Positions 42,932 through 58,589 of a stretch of 64,000 bases of DNA are shown piece after piece. Made by a program: the position numbers and the translations under genes. This DNA comes from the human T2T-CHM13v2.0 reference genome, Homo sapiens. A model generated the notes under the pieces. That model was not told the DNA's origin, ran no database searches, and worked only from the letters and a program-made list of their open reading frames with translations. The stretch lies in assembly GCF_009914755.1 (NCBI RefSeq), contig NC_060947.1; one strand, 5' to 3'. Every line of letters begins with the position of its first letter. Positions within the stretch are counted from its first letter, which is position 1.

Positions 42932-45176
42932 TGTAGAATCTGTCCTCTTACAGAGCTTTAAGAAACACATTCAACAAGTGTATGTGTGCTTGTTCTTTGT
43001 AGGGTTCTATAGTAGAAATAGAACACATGGTCTCTACATACTGGACCCTCTAGAACTTGAGTTCTGTGAAGACAGGAAATGGGTTTGGAGTTTTTCACTA
43101 TTGTATGTGCAGCATCTAAACATAGTGCCTGTCACATAGTATTTTGTAAATAGCTATAGAATGGATCAGTGGAAGACCTTACATAGAAAATTGACTTCAT
43201 GTGAATGTACAGTAGAGAACTACAGCAATTCAAAGAAGAAAAAAAATGAAGGAAACTACCTGCCCAAGATGTGCCTATCTGAAGAAGGGAGACTACAAAC
43301 ATATATTAAGAGTCCTCTCCCCTTTTGCCTCTTGGTGCTAAGGAAAGAAAAGCATCTAACAAGGGTAAGTGATCTTTAGAAAGATGAAGAATCCACTGAG
43401 ATTCCCCAGGATATGAAATTCCACTGTTATTAAGATCCTTATAGTCTTAGGCTGTTTTTATAATTTTAAAATTTCTTGTTGGCGGTATCAGTTTTGAGTG
43501 CTGGTACTACTGATGGTGTTAATTAAGTTTCCTTCTTTTAAGTAAAACTTAAGGTGCTTGGTATCTTGCCATATGCCCTAAAAGGCAATCCTGAATAGGT
43601 ATCACTAAAGAGGAATGACAAAGTTGGCTTCAGACAAAAGGATCAAATGGATTTCTAATTGTCCCTCCCTAACTTTCATACCTGACTAGACTGAACAGTG
43701 CCAAGTATGAGGAAAATGATATATGTGTAATAAAGGTAGACTTTCCGGAGAAAGTTTATTTTTGAGGTAACTGGAGCTGAAGCAGAGGGAAATTGAGAAT
43801 TGACTAGATATAACACAAAGAGGAAAGGGGGCAGGGAAGAGGTAATATTTCTGACCCTCCTGCCAGTAATATCAAGCAGCAAATGATCAAGTAAAGGTTG
43901 GCAGGCTAGCCTCCGCCTTGGAGGTTGCCTTGTTGTAACTCTAATACCTTTGACATATCCTGTCTCTCAAATCAATGAATGACTGCATTAGGCCCTTCTA
44001 GTTCAGCTTGGACTAGTTCCAGAAACCTAGGGGTTTCCATCCTGCTGCCCTATGATTTTTACTTTAAATTCCTCGGAGACTTGAATTAAGTTTTTCTTCC
44101 TGTTATGATAATGCTGTTTCTTTTTTGTTTTTTTCCCAGAAAGGAAACTAGTTCACCAGTTAGTTTTTCCCCTGAGTTCTTTTAGAGTCTATAAGAAATA
44201 CTGAGATTCCGGGACAAAGAGACCATCTTTAAAACTTCACCAGAAGAGGCAAGAAGCTGTCAGTGAAATGAAAGAGAGGGTTAAATGAAGGGAAAAGAAT
44301 ACCCAGACTCCATTCATAGCCATAATAATCCTTAAGAACTTTCCTTCCTTTTCATGTCATCACAGAAATGTAAAATCTTTAAATAAAAATATAGACCTTA
44401 AGAATTATGAAATGTCAGTATACTTAAGTCAGTAGCATTCAAACTTCTTTATCCTGTGGAATTACTCCTAGTTGAAGGAATTCTGTAATTTTTCCCATTC
44501 CATCCTTCATTTTCCCACTTAATCAGAGAGATATGGTTAGACATTCACGCTGCTTGGACTGGGATGAAGCTTTCTGGAATATATTGGATTATCCATCCTA
44601 TCCTTACAGATTATCATACTCCAAATTATTATGTATATGTACCTGTGTTGCTTTCTAGACTTTCTACTTTTCCATGATCTGTTTATTGAGGCATCAATAC
44701 CAACTTGTTGTATTTACTTAAGCTTTATAACACATTGTGACACCTGGTAGGGCAAGTCCTCATTCATTAGTCAGTAGAGTTTTATATTTTTCTGCACATT
44801 TTCTGTTATTTAATGCTAAAATTATTTTACTTGGTTTTGTAAGCATGATTTTTTCCTGTTATATTTTCTGTCCCATTATTTTTTCCCATTATATTTTGTC
44901 ATTATATTTTCAGCACATTTTTTGTATTATTTAATGCTAACTTCTTTTTTGTTTGCTTTTGTAAGCATTATTTTTTCCCATTACATTTTCTGTCTCCCTC
45001 CATAACCCTGTTGCCATCATTCTTTCTAGATCTGGCCACTCTTTTTCCTTGTCAAAAGCCACAAACATCTATTTTAACCAGTTGCCTTCATTTCCATATT
45101 ACACACCTGTTTCCTAAGTTTTACTCATGTTTGTTTTTAATTACATGCTATTATAAGTAATTAAAAGTACATTCAA

Positions 45177-45488
45177 GACTGGGCACAGTGGCTCATGCCT
45201 GTAATCCCAGCACTTAGGGAGGCTGAGGCAGAAGGATCACTTCAGCTCAGGAGTTTGAGACCAGCCTGGGCAATATAGCAAGATCCTGTCTCTACAAAAA
45301 ATTTTAAAAAGCTAGCAGGGTATGGTGGAGCACACTTGTAGTCCTAGCTACTCAGGAGGCTGGGGCAGGATGTTCACTTGAGCCCAGGAGTATCATGTTG
45401 TAGTGGACTATGATCTCATCACTGAACTCTAGTCTGGGTGACAGAGTGAGACCCTGTCTCTACAAAAATAAATAAAAAACAAAATAAT
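45177..45488 (+). mobile_element. AluJ SINE
   Basis: ggatcacttcagctcaggagtttgagaccagcctgggcaatatagcaaga; cacttgagcccaggag; A-rich tail. Confidence 0.95.
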
Positions 45489-45499
45489 AAAGATTTAAT

Positions 45500-46180
45500 G
45501 CATATTGAATTGAATTGAAAAATACAATTCATATTGTAAAACTTTCTGCTATGAATAAAACAATAATATACCTTGAGCTGCCAATTGTAGTTCCTTCGTG
45601 AGACGGTAACCCCTAATATCTCTTTAATAAATACTTTTCTGTACTTTTTAATACATTTACATTAATAAATGCATGTAGATACATAACTAATTTGTGGGTA
45701 TATTTTAACCTGAATGGTATAACATTGTTTATATTTTTCTAGAACTGGGAAATAGCTCCAAGACATATTGTTAAGTCCATATAAAATTAACTTGTTCTTT
45801 TAGACTGTTATGTAACATACCATCATAGTCTGGATATGTCCTATAGTTTAGCCCTTTACAAATGGATATTTAGATTGTTCCTAAACCTTTTTTCTATTGT
45901 AAACAATGCCTCTTTGTGCATATGTACCAGCATTTCTCTAGAATACTTCTTAGAAATGGAATGACTGAGTTGAGGCTATATGTATTTTAAGTTTTGATAG
46001 GTACTGATAAAATATTGTACCAATTTATATAACCACAATCAGAGTAAGAGTATACTTGTTTCTAGATACCCTTCACTGATGTGTCAATATGGAAGAGTGT
46101 AAAAAAGTCTCTTTTAAATTTTTATTTCCCCGATAACTAGTGAATCGAGCATCTTTTTCCCTTGCTATTTAAAAAACTAT
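45500..46180 (-). mobile_element. L1ME-like fragment
   Basis: aatggatatttagattgttcc, ctattgtaaacaatgc, tagaaatggaatgactgagt, ttttgataggtactg antisense old-L1 motifs. Confidence 0.65.
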
Positions 46181-47452
46181 CAATATGAGTTTGAACAGAT
46201 TTCAGAATGGCTCATAGTAAAAGGTATAATATTCAGAGGCCAGAGTTACACCATGTACTTACTCTGTCGGCATGGAACAAATGATGCAATCAAAGGACTT
46301 GAACTGACTTCAAGAGTACAATCAGCCAACCCTTCTGCAATCAGGAGACTGCCTGGATTGTTCCTAAATCCTTATAGGCAGATGAAAAATTGCTGTTCAA
46401 ATCCTCTAAAAAGGAAATGGCATATATGCCATCATAAGCTATTCTAATTTTTGAATTATTCTCTCTCCCAAATGAAATTCTCCCTTCTAGCCAAACTTGA
46501 TTTCTCTGTATATTACTTACTTCTTTTCTATTCTTTAAAGAATGGGAGAAGACCTGGTCACCATACCCTATCTTAAAGCTTTTCAAGTACTTGAAGATTA
46601 TTACTAAGTCTCTTCTGAACTCTCTTTTCTCGGAATGAATGGGGGCCTCAACCTGTCCTCAATAATGTTTTTGACCATGATTTTAAATTATGTTGCTTTC
46701 TACATTCCAAATCCTCTGAGTCCTTAATACAAAAAAAGAGTAAAGAAGGAAAAAAAAATCTCCCAATTTAGCAAAAAACACTCTTGATATTTTGGCATCT
46801 TTCCGTTAATTCTGTACACTACGCACCTTGTGGAGATATTAAATACACATTTTAGCATACTTTTAGACTTCCTCTGCCTTTAAAAACTTTCTAATGTAAA
46901 TTAAAAATTATTCACAAATATTTGTAATAGTTATATAATATTCCAAATGCACCCTAATTTACCTAACCATTCTGATTCTGTTGCACACTTAAGATGTACC
47001 TGACTCCTTCCTACTTTGAATAATTGCTGTGAATAACCAAATTGCCAAACTTCTATCTAGAAAAACTAGATGGATTACTACAGTATTCTGTTTGTATATC
47101 TCATTCATGTAACGCATAGGATTCAGCACACAGTAGGGGCTTAATATATTCTTGTTGTCTTACATAGAGCCTGAGTCAAGTTTTCTCCAGAGCTGAAATG
47201 ATTCGTCTTATCTTATGGAAATAATTATTATACATGATTAAGGCCACAACCAAACAATGTACAAAATATCACCACTGTGTCACTGAAGAATACAGGAGTT
47301 ACTTAGAAGAAGGGAGTGGATTATATCTTGTCATTCCATTTAACAAGGAGTTACTTAGCGGCCCAAAGAGATAGGAAAAGAATAAAACAGAATTATAGGC
47401 ACCTTCACCGTCAGAGACTGGGTTCAATCCATGTAATAGAGAAATCTAGACA

Positions 47453-48121
<669 letters not shown>

Positions 48122-49494
48122 TAATGTTGAAAAAGATTTCATAAATCCCCTCTCATGTAGGGAAAGCTGGTGGTGAATGTTTTTAGCATTTAGCAAAAAC
48201 TGGAGATATTTCCAATTTTAAAGTATTTGGCCCTGATACTAAAAATGGAGAAATGCTTTGTGCAAGCTAGCTTACAACTGAGCATAGTCTGAATAAACAA
48301 AAGATCCAGACAGGTGAGGATGCGCTTGAGTTTATTTGTGTTGTAATTTGGACTACTTAAAACATACCTCTTATTTAATTTTGTCCTACTAAGTTTTGGG
48401 TTATGTATGGCAGATTGGCACTATTTCCATTTTTTAAACAAATAAGTTATTATCAATTAAGTAACTAGCTACATGTCTCAGAAATTATTTTTAGGTTACT
48501 TTTCATTACACTGCTAGCATCAGAACAAGAAGGCCACTTTCCAGATAATTACAACTCCCTTTCCTCCCAAATCCAGTTAAACTAGAAATATTAGATTGAA
48601 CTTTGTGAAAATATCACATTCATAGGTCGAATATCAGCAATTTCATACAGTTCAATCTAATATTAGGGGTGGGAAAAGAGGGAGAGACGCATAGCCTGAC
48701 CATTTCCTCCAGTCTAGTGTCAACCGCCAGCTTCATTTGCAAAACGCTCACAAGGTCAAGTCTTGACAAGACATGCAAGACTTTTGTTGAATGATGCTCT
48801 CACAATGATGTGTCTTTCTTTTAAGTGAAAGAAATACCCAAGCTAGAAATCAAAACAGAGTAGCAAACTGTGTGCGCGATTCAGTTTTCAAGAATATTTT
48901 AAGTTGCATATGTTTTCTTTTCATTGACAATCCTTACCCTTGCCATATCAGGATGACTGACACTCTTAATTTGCAATTTCCTAAATTTCAAGAGGGTTTT
49001 TTCTTTTTGATTGCTATATAATGGTTTACCTAATTATTTTTTTTTCAAGTTACAGTTTCGGATGTTTAATTTCAAAATCAATTTGAGATGTCTTGAGCTC
49101 CATTAATACACTGTGATATTGCTTCACTCATTTTCTAGCAAAGCACTTACTTTAAAAAATGCATCATTCTAATGATTTTAAATTACTCTACAGTGCACAT
49201 ACCAATTTACAACTATTACAAAATTTTACATTTTTTCCCAAAGCACTTCACATTTAAAGATGTTCTGTATTTCAAGACAGAATGAGAGAGAGTTAACTTT
49301 TAAAGGGCATGAACACAATTTAGGGCCTTTAAAATTTTCTGCCCTCTCTGATGTAGAATGTAACCTAAGTAAATAAAATTTTAAGTGTTCAGTGTGCATA
49401 TAACATCAGCTTAGGATGAGGACATTATTATAAAATAATTTTCTTTTTATTCAAACTAAGGACAATATTCTTTATAAATGGAAACAAACCCATT

Positions 49495-49810
49495 GTGTGT
49501 ATGTGTGTAAGAGCAACAATCTGTTAGTGTGTCAATTTATGTGTAAATATGCATGGGTGTATATGAGTGGGTAAGCATGGGCTTGAATGTGTGCATGAAC
49601 GTGCAACAGTGTGTGTATATGTGTGATTGTGTGAGTGTGCATATATGTGTGAGTGTGCAAGAGTCTGAGTATATGTGAATGTGAGAGTGTATAAGGGTTG
49701 TTTGGGTGCATGTACATGAGTGTGTGCATGAGTGTGTTTGGGTGTATGTGTGTTCGTGTATTCGCTTGACTTTGTGATAGTGTGTTTGACTGTATGAATA
49801 TGCAAGTGTG
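49495..49810. repeat. Long degenerate TG-rich tract
   Basis: About 315 nt of interrupted (TG)n; source of His/Thr-rich ORFs. Confidence 0.85.
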
Positions 49811-50379
49811 AATCTTTCTGTTTCAAATACATGCTTGGAGATCAAATGTTATTTGTACTTTTATTTAGGCAGTCATTAGAGTGTGCTCTAAGAATTACTT
49901 TACTAACCTCAGAATAAAATGAGGGAAATGAAGCACCTCCCAACTGTATCTATAATACATCTATAAGATATTTGCATTAAACACACACACACACAATTTA
50001 TACCTTGCTTGAAATTTGCAGGGAAAAAATAGCTATATTCAAAATCTGCATCTGGTAATATCAGTTTAATAGATGTAAATCAGCTGCCAAAGTTGGGAAA
50101 CCTTCCTTCCTCATTGCCCTTTAAAAACATTTTTGATTACTTTATTCTCTCAGAATTCTTCATTCACAGTGACACATGCCACTGTCAAAGCGATTGAGGA
50201 TACTTTGGGATTAATATTTAAAAGACTATAATTATCATCTGTTTTCGCCCCAGACCACCCTTGAAGTTGCAGAGAGCACTAGGCACATTTCTGGAATGAG
50301 CCTGATGCTCATTCATTGATATAACATTTTCCTTTTGTTGGTTAAAACATGCTGCTCTAGAAGGTAGAGGCAAAGCCCT

Positions 50380-51330
50380 GGGGGCCAAAGCTACCATGTA
50401 ATAAGTGCCAGGCTCAGGGCTAGAATCTTTGCATACATTATCTCATTTAATCTTCACTACAACCTTGCAAGATAGTGTTAGTACCAGTTTTCAGAGGAGG
50501 TGCTGTGGCTCAGAGAAGTTAAATGACTTGCTTAAGGTCATGTAGCTAATTAGGAGAGAGGCTGGTATCAATTTTGAGTTTGTCTCACTCTAACACTGTA
50601 TTCTTTGAATTACGCCATGCTGAAAGGTATGACCTTCCTAGTATTTATATCTTCCCTCACTGGGAATGGGGTTTCTTTGCCTGCCTGCTACTCTCTGCCC
50701 CTCAATTGTCTTCTCTAACAATCCCTAAAAACTTGGTTGATGTCAAGTTCAAATCTACTTTAGAGGCAATATATCCAATTTATGAATCATACTTCCGATG
50801 TTAAGATTCACTATGTACTTATTTTAGAGTATACTGGCTTGGTTAAAAACTCACTACTGTCTGTGTAATAGACACTATTTGCTCAATAACTATTATGTGC
50901 CAGAGGTTTTACACATATTACACCCATTTTACAGATATGGACAATGAAGCTTCAAGAGGTTAGGTAATTTGGTTAATGATACAGAAGCAGAACCAATAAA
51001 GTCTACATCCCTGCTGACAGTCCTGTATAAGCTTCTTTGGTTAGATCTGGGTAGGTCAATAAATCTAATGGAGCCTCAGTTTCTTCATTTATAAAATGGG
51101 GATAATGGTACTCTCACTGCAGGAGTTATAAGGATGAGAAAATATACATAAAATGTCTAGAACATATTAGATAGTTAATACATGATAGCTATTATCTGAG
51201 CCATTATTGTTAATGATGAGTATGGGTTTTAGCATTAAATAAACTTGGCTTCAAAAGCTTTGCCTCCTACTGGCTATTTGATTGAAATCTGCTGAATTTC
51301 TCTAAGTTTTCATTTCCTCATCTACAAAAT
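50380..51330. mobile_element. Cluster of MIR fragments
   Basis: ggctcagagaagttaaatgacttgcttaaggtca (minus), cccattttacagat (minus), gagcctcagtttcttcatttataaaatggggataat (plus), tttcctcatctacaaaatg (plus). Confidence 0.8.
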
Positions 51331-51345
51331 GAAGGTAGCATTTTA

Positions 51346-51641
51346 CAGCACCTTTTCCTAAAGTATACTCCAAAGAACACTGCTATCTGCACACTATATT
51401 TAAAAATGTGAGGTGATAACTGGGTTTCCTGATCAAAGATCCATGGGAAACTCTGGTAAACAGATTTCCTTATACAGGGCTTTTTTTAGTATCTCTAATA
51501 CGGGAATGTGCTTTGTGAATTTCCAAGTGGGAGCTAACATATGCAGTGTTTTTCCCTTTCATTATACTATAAAAATGCATTTTTATTTTTCTATAATATC
51601 TTGCAATAAAAGGATTATATAGAAGATACTTTGGAAAGACT
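51346..51641. mobile_element. Probable hAT-Charlie MER element splitting a MIR
   Basis: Ends cagcaccttttcctaaagtat / atactttggaaagactg are imperfect inverted repeats; MIR-like sequence resumes at ~51650. Confidence 0.5.
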
Positions 51642-51764
51642 GATTTGTCCCAAAGATTAAATGGATAATATTTGTAAAGCACATATATAGTAAGAGCTCA
51701 ATAAATGCAACAGTATTATTATTATAATTACCATAATCATCACTATAATCATTAAGAAGGGATT

Positions 51765-52432
51765 AGAAAGAATAAGTTTAAGAGGTCTACTATGCATCAT
51801 GGTGACGACACTTAATAACAATATATTATATAATTGAAAATTGCTAAGAGTAAATTTTAAGTGTTCGCATGAAAAAACAAAATAAGTGTGTGATTGTATT
51901 AGTCCATTCTCACACTGCTATACTTGAGATTGGGTAATTCATAAACAAAAGAGGTTGAATTAGCTCACGGTTCTGCAAGCTGTACAGGAAGAATAGTGGC
52001 TTCTGCTTCTGGGGAGGCCTCGGGAAACTTACAATCATGGCAGAAGGCAAAGGGGGAGGAAGGTGTCTCACATGGTGGAAGCAGGAGCAAGAGAGAGGGA
52101 GGGGAGAAAGGCTGCACACTTTTAAACAAGCAGATCTCATGAGAACTCACTATCACAAGAGCAGCATCAAGGGGATCATGCTAAACCATTCATGAGAAAT
52201 CCAACCCCATGATTAGAGAAGCTCCATCAACCAGGCCCCACTTCAAACACTGGGGACTGCAATTCTACATGAGATTTGGTGGGGACGCAGATCCAACCCA
52301 TATCAGTGAGGGAATACCTATGTTCAACAGCTTGATTTAACCATTCCACAATGTATATATATGTCAAAATATCATGTTGTATACCATAAATATATACAAT
52401 TTTTTACTTGTCAATTAAAAAATAAAATTTAA
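51765..52432 (+). mobile_element. L1MA (MA4-7-like) 3' end interrupted by MSTA
   Basis: ttgaaaattgctaagagtaaattttaagtgttc left of LTR; cagcttgatttaaccattccacaatgtata...ttgtcaattaaaaaataaa right of it. Confidence 0.85.
51895..52305 (-). mobile_element. MSTA-like MaLR solo LTR
   Basis: tgtattagtccattctcacactgctata ... cagatccaacccatatca termini; 5-bp TSD gtgat/gtgag. Confidence 0.92.
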
Positions 52433-54709
52433 AAAGCCTACCAGAGTGTCGGTGATCTGAGTGAGAAAAGGCATGTCTAATACACCCCTAGGAGTAGGGG
52501 TCTACAAACTCTATAGCCAGAGGATTTCCTTTGCCAGATTAGGGCGAGCTACTCCAACGGAGGTAGAAGCTTCAGCAGACAACCTACCACATAATTCCAT
52601 TGAATGTATGTATTTATTAAAATAGAATTTTTAGAGCCACCAAAAGGTTCTTTGATAACTAAGATTTTTTTTGAAACTCCTCAGGTTGGAATTCCACAGG
52701 CAAGCACTCTTATTGTATTGCACTTTCTGATTGGTTTTAATGTTCTCATACGATCTTGTTTTTAGCACAGGTATCTTCCCGTGTATGAGTTTTGTCTCTT
52801 TCCCTCTCCACTTATCTAAGAAACAACAGCCACCATAAAACTTGACAGATGTCAGGTGGACTGCTGCTGAATGCCTGACTCATACAACTGGATGATCTTC
52901 CTTTTGGTCCTGATTCAGTTTCCCAGCAATCTAGAAATGATTTGCCTTTGTTCTTGTATATCTCCTGCCAAGGTGCACATAGTTTGCTTAGATATATGGT
53001 CCTTTTAAAATCATCTTTAAACTTTTATCTATTACCTGCTCCTTATGGTAGAGTTAATCATTCCTTGGGAGCTGAATTTCAGAATGGTGGTGGATCCTAT
53101 TGCTTTCTACCAGAAGTCTTAAGGGACTGTGTGAGTTGCTTTCCCATGAAGCAGTGTTTTAGAGGGAGATGCAATAACCCAAAAGGAAAATTCCTCACAC
53201 AAATAAAAATGTATTTATACACCAATCCTGCTGATACTGAATAGTAGGATGTGGGATAAATCTGTAAGAAAGTTTGTCTGTATCTAGCCTGGTGGCAAAC
53301 ATTATAGATTTTACTTGCTGCATAGGACTATTGACTAGGATTAGATTCTCCTCTCTAACTACCCATCGTTAAGATGGATATTCTGAAAAAGGTAGACATT
53401 AATCATTTCTTCACTATTTTGATCCTTGGTATAGCTGTTCCAGAGCTATGTTTGCATTTACATTTTGATTTACTATGTAAGGAGGCTGAGAGGTGGTGAT
53501 GGATTGAGAGGCTTTCACACACTATGGGCATTCCATTGACTCCCAAGGACCATTTCAACCCTGCCCTCATGTGCCTTAAGTGAGGGGCAGCTCCCATTAT
53601 GGATGAATTGCTGCTAATTAAAATGGATATATACACTCTGTCCTACTGTCATAGTATGTGGTTTGATAAGAATGATGGGCAGAGAAAAACAAACAAAAAA
53701 ATTCTGGCCAAGTTAATGTGGTGACTAGCAAAAATAAATTTAGAAAAGGCCATTTGGATTTTATCAGAGTCAAGTCTATATATGAAAAGCTTATTGCTAA
53801 GTAAAACCTCAGATTTAATATGACCTCGTGGGAAAATGTGAATTTGGCCGTTGCATCCCCTAAAAAGGCCAGGCTCCGTGGCAGTTACACAAGGTATGGA
53901 TTTGGAGAATGAGGTCATGGCAGCTCAGATGCCAACTGACAGCTTGGTGATCCCGAGCCACCTCTGTCCATGTCCCTTATACAGCACACATGATTTTTTA
54001 AACACACAAGCTAAATAAAGCATCAGAGGAAGACTTCATGGTGGGAGAACTATTCAAAGACTATTCTAAATGATAAACTCTAATCCTTACCAGTTTGTTT
54101 ATAGTTATTATCTCCATAGGTCTTCTGGCTGGCTGGACCCAGAGTGTGTCTAACTCATTTTATGACATTAAAATTCTGCTCTCTCCAAGTTACAAACCTA
54201 TTACTTTATTAGACATTTTATCTAAAGCATATGCTGGCTTCCTTCTTGAGAAACCGAAAGCCTGAGTTTCCCCAGCCTATATTCTATATAAGAAACAGGT
54301 TATCGTTAGGTATTTAATTATTCCACTGTCATTTCATATTTGTATTCTTTATCATCTTGTGTAGAGCTCTGAGTATTAACAACTTGATGTTCCTCTTGTC
54401 TTAGGAAATATAAATATATTTATTCCTTTATATTTCCTGGATACGATTTTATTGTCATAAACTAGAAGTAGATTTAAAATGGTTACCCTTGCTGTCTTAT
54501 TATTGCCAAAAAGGATTGTTAGTCAGTTACATTAAGACTCAAATAATCATTTTTGGTAGACCTTCTCCATCTTTAATCCACTTTGTCAATAATTTCATAC
54601 TGCAAGTTAACTTGTTTAGTTACCTTGGCGTTGGAATAGAATCAGTTTAATTTGGAATATATATGTAGTTACATTTTCCAGGCTAAACTTGATACTGCCA
54701 TATGCTAAA

Positions 54710-54930
54710 GCACTGCTGCCCAAGAGAAATATAATGTGAGCCTTAAGTGCAAGCCACATATATTATTTAAAGTTTTCTAGTAGCCACATTAAAAAGTAAA
54801 ACAAAATTATTTAGTAAAAATTATTAAAATTAATTTAAATAATATATTTTATTTAGCCCAATATATCCAAAATATCATTTCATAATGTAATCAATATAAA
54901 AATTAATAAGGAGATATTTTAATTAATCTT
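54710..54930. mobile_element. MER33/MER3-like hAT fragment
   Basis: ttttctagtagccacattaaaaagtaaaa, cccaatatatccaaaatatcatttc. Confidence 0.8.
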
Positions 54931-55069
54931 CCATACAAGTCTTGAAGAGGAGCTAAAGGAGAAGTGTCTCATTGGTTTCAATGAAAAGAAAAGTTTTATT
55001 TTAATTGAGCTATGAGTTTGTCTATCTTGAGGACACTGTGAATTACATAATTGATCATTTTTCCCTCTT

Positions 55070-55550
55070 GTGTTGGCTAAGAGGGAGTTAGAAAGCTACA
55101 GTACAATTAGACATTACTTAGCTATGCACATGACTTCCTTAAATAAAGATTACATTTCTCACTTCCTTTACAGCTAGGTGTTTTCACATGACTAAGTTAT
55201 CGATCAATAAAATGTAAGTGAATGTTTCTGGCAGTAGCTTCAGTGAGGTCTTCTTAAAAGAAAGTAGAGAAGTCCCTTTGCCTCGTCATTTCTTCATTTC
55301 GCCTATAGTGAGGATGTAATAGCTAGAGCACTGGCTCCCACCGTGTACTATAAGGGTAAGGGCTCCATCCTAGAAATAGTACAGTGGTGAGCTGGAAGAA
55401 GCTTTCTTTCTGAAGTCACCATACAAGCCCTGGACTGCCTGCCTCTAGATTTCTTTTGCCTAAAATAAAATAATACTTCTATCTTGTTTATCTCTTTTTT
55501 TCCCCTTGGGGAGGTACTTCCAATCACTGAACTATAATCTTAGTTGACAC
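55070..55550 (+). mobile_element. MLT1J-like old MaLR LTR
   Basis: tacatttctcacttcctttacagctaggtg...catgactaagtt, ccctggactgcctgcctctagatttctt. Confidence 0.7.
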
Positions 55551-55889
55551 ATCAGGAATGTAAATTTTCCTTGAATGTGATTTTATAATAAACAGCATGG
55601 CTCAAAGTAAAGGTAGTGAAGAGGCAGAATAGCTACTTGTTAACTGACTTTCCAGTAAAACATATATCTGTATTCTGCAAACACAGGAAACAATACCATT
55701 TGGATAGTGACAAAAGAACATAAAGACTTTGGAGTAGAAAGAATTTTCATACTTCTTCAAATTAATTCAGCTTTACAGTGTTTAAAGATGAATTTCCTTG
55801 AGATTTATCATCTACTAATTTATCTTCTACTTACAAAAGATTTGTCTTTGAAATGTGTCTTTACATTGAGAATTGACATACAATGCCAA

Positions 55890-56460
55890 CAATAGCTACA
55901 ATCTATCATTATAATTTAGTGCCCACTATGGGAAAAGCATCATGCTATGTGTTGCACATATGTTATCTCATTTAACCCCTACAACTATATTACAAAATAT
56001 TAATTATTTCCCTATTTTACAGGAGAGGCTCAGAGAATCCAAGCAACTTACTCAAGGTAATACAATAACTTGGAAACAGGCCTGGGATTTGAGTTCATTT
56101 CTGTCTGAATTTTTCCATGCTGAATCTCTGACAACTTTTATAACATTCTGATAGTCAAGAAAAAGGTCCCAGGATCCTTCCCCATATATGCTCATTGCCA
56201 ACTTTCTAGAGATTCAGTGGAACTGTTGACAATGGGTAGAATCTGTTAAATTTATAGAAGGCTCTCTGAATGGTATATTGGATAAAAGATCTAAACCAGA
56301 AATCACAGTACCTGTTTTTCATACTAACTACGTGCCTAATGAGCTATATGACTGTCCATAAGTCATTTGACCTTTCTGGAACTCAGTTTCCTCATCTATA
56401 AAAGGAAAGGGCAGAACTAGGTGGCATCTAAAATCTCATCTATTGTCAATATTCTATGAT
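55890..56460. mobile_element. MIR fragments (minus ~55890-56110, plus ~56270-56460)
   Basis: ttatctcatttaacccctacaac...attttacaggagaggctcagaga; ctcagtttcctcatctataaaa. Confidence 0.75.
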
Positions 56461-57599
56461 TATGACAAGTCTGTCAAAAAAAGAAATGAACAAAAAGAAG
56501 ACTGTTGGAAAAGAAAGTAGGCAATCATATTTAGAGTGCCTTAACTTTCATTGCTTGATATGCAGAATTCAATTTAAAAAATGAATGAACCTTCAATATC
56601 TTTCTTGGTAAAAAAGAAAAAAACTGAATGAACCTAGCAGAGAAGTGTGGGAAGCTTGTTTTGATTGTTGAAACTACTTATTCTTGACTCCACTATTAAC
56701 CTCACTGACTTTAACTGCTATGGTTCCTGAAATGTCTTTTGAGCAATATTTCTTAGAACATTCTTTGCTAGCATGGAATAAGCTCTTCTAGTTTTGTGGA
56801 ACTGGATCTAATATTGTTACCCATACCTTAGTAGACTACATTCTTAATTTTACTGGAACTTAAGTTGTTTTATCCACTTAGAGGAAAAATGCTAATCACT
56901 AAAAATGAATTGAAATGTGAATTTAGGTTACAAATAGTTTGCAGATGTGTAAATTGAGACCCATAGTGGTTCACGTGCCCAAGATTATATGGAAAGTCAG
57001 AGCTGTGCCAGGACATGGGTCATCTGCTGATTTGAGTGACCCAGAGATTTCATGAGGGTCCAGAGTGAGCAAAAGTTTTTAGCTACCTTGGGCCTGTGCA
57101 AGATTAGGGATATATATTGGGATATATATCCAATCTGGAAGAAAATGCGTGTTGCAGAGACATAGTAGAAGAAAATGATCTGTCTTAGTCTTGGGTCTAT
57201 GAGGATGTTAAATATCAAGCCTCCTCTGAGACCTCATGGCCACTAGCCAGGTTTCATGTGGGTTTAGGGTTCGTATTTGTACTCTTTATTTGGCCTAAAG
57301 AATTGCAACATGATATTTTAAAGTTTACGCTGATTTGTAGCGTAGGCAGGTTTCTGACAGAAACAAATGTAAATCCTCACCAGAAGAATACTTTCTTCAT
57401 ACAGGACTTAGAGAGATTTCCAACCTGTTTGAGCTCACAATTTAAGAAAGCCAAAAACAAGAATGCAATTAATATCCAAGAGTTCAAAGAAGTAACAAAC
57501 CATAGACCCACATCCACAAAGACTTCATATGCTGTATTTATCAGATACTGTATATAAAATAACCATGTTTCATGTAACCAAAAACACAATTAAGATGCA

Positions 57600-58589
<990 letters not shown>

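Noticed and set aside
49524-49845. His/Thr-rich ORFs, and the similar ORFs at 6672-7040
   Set aside because: Products of CA/TG/TA microsatellites.
54403-54438. 12-bp inverted repeat (also short ones at ~4930-4954 and ~61753-61772)
   Set aside because: AT-rich short stems, too small for a miRNA or MITE call.
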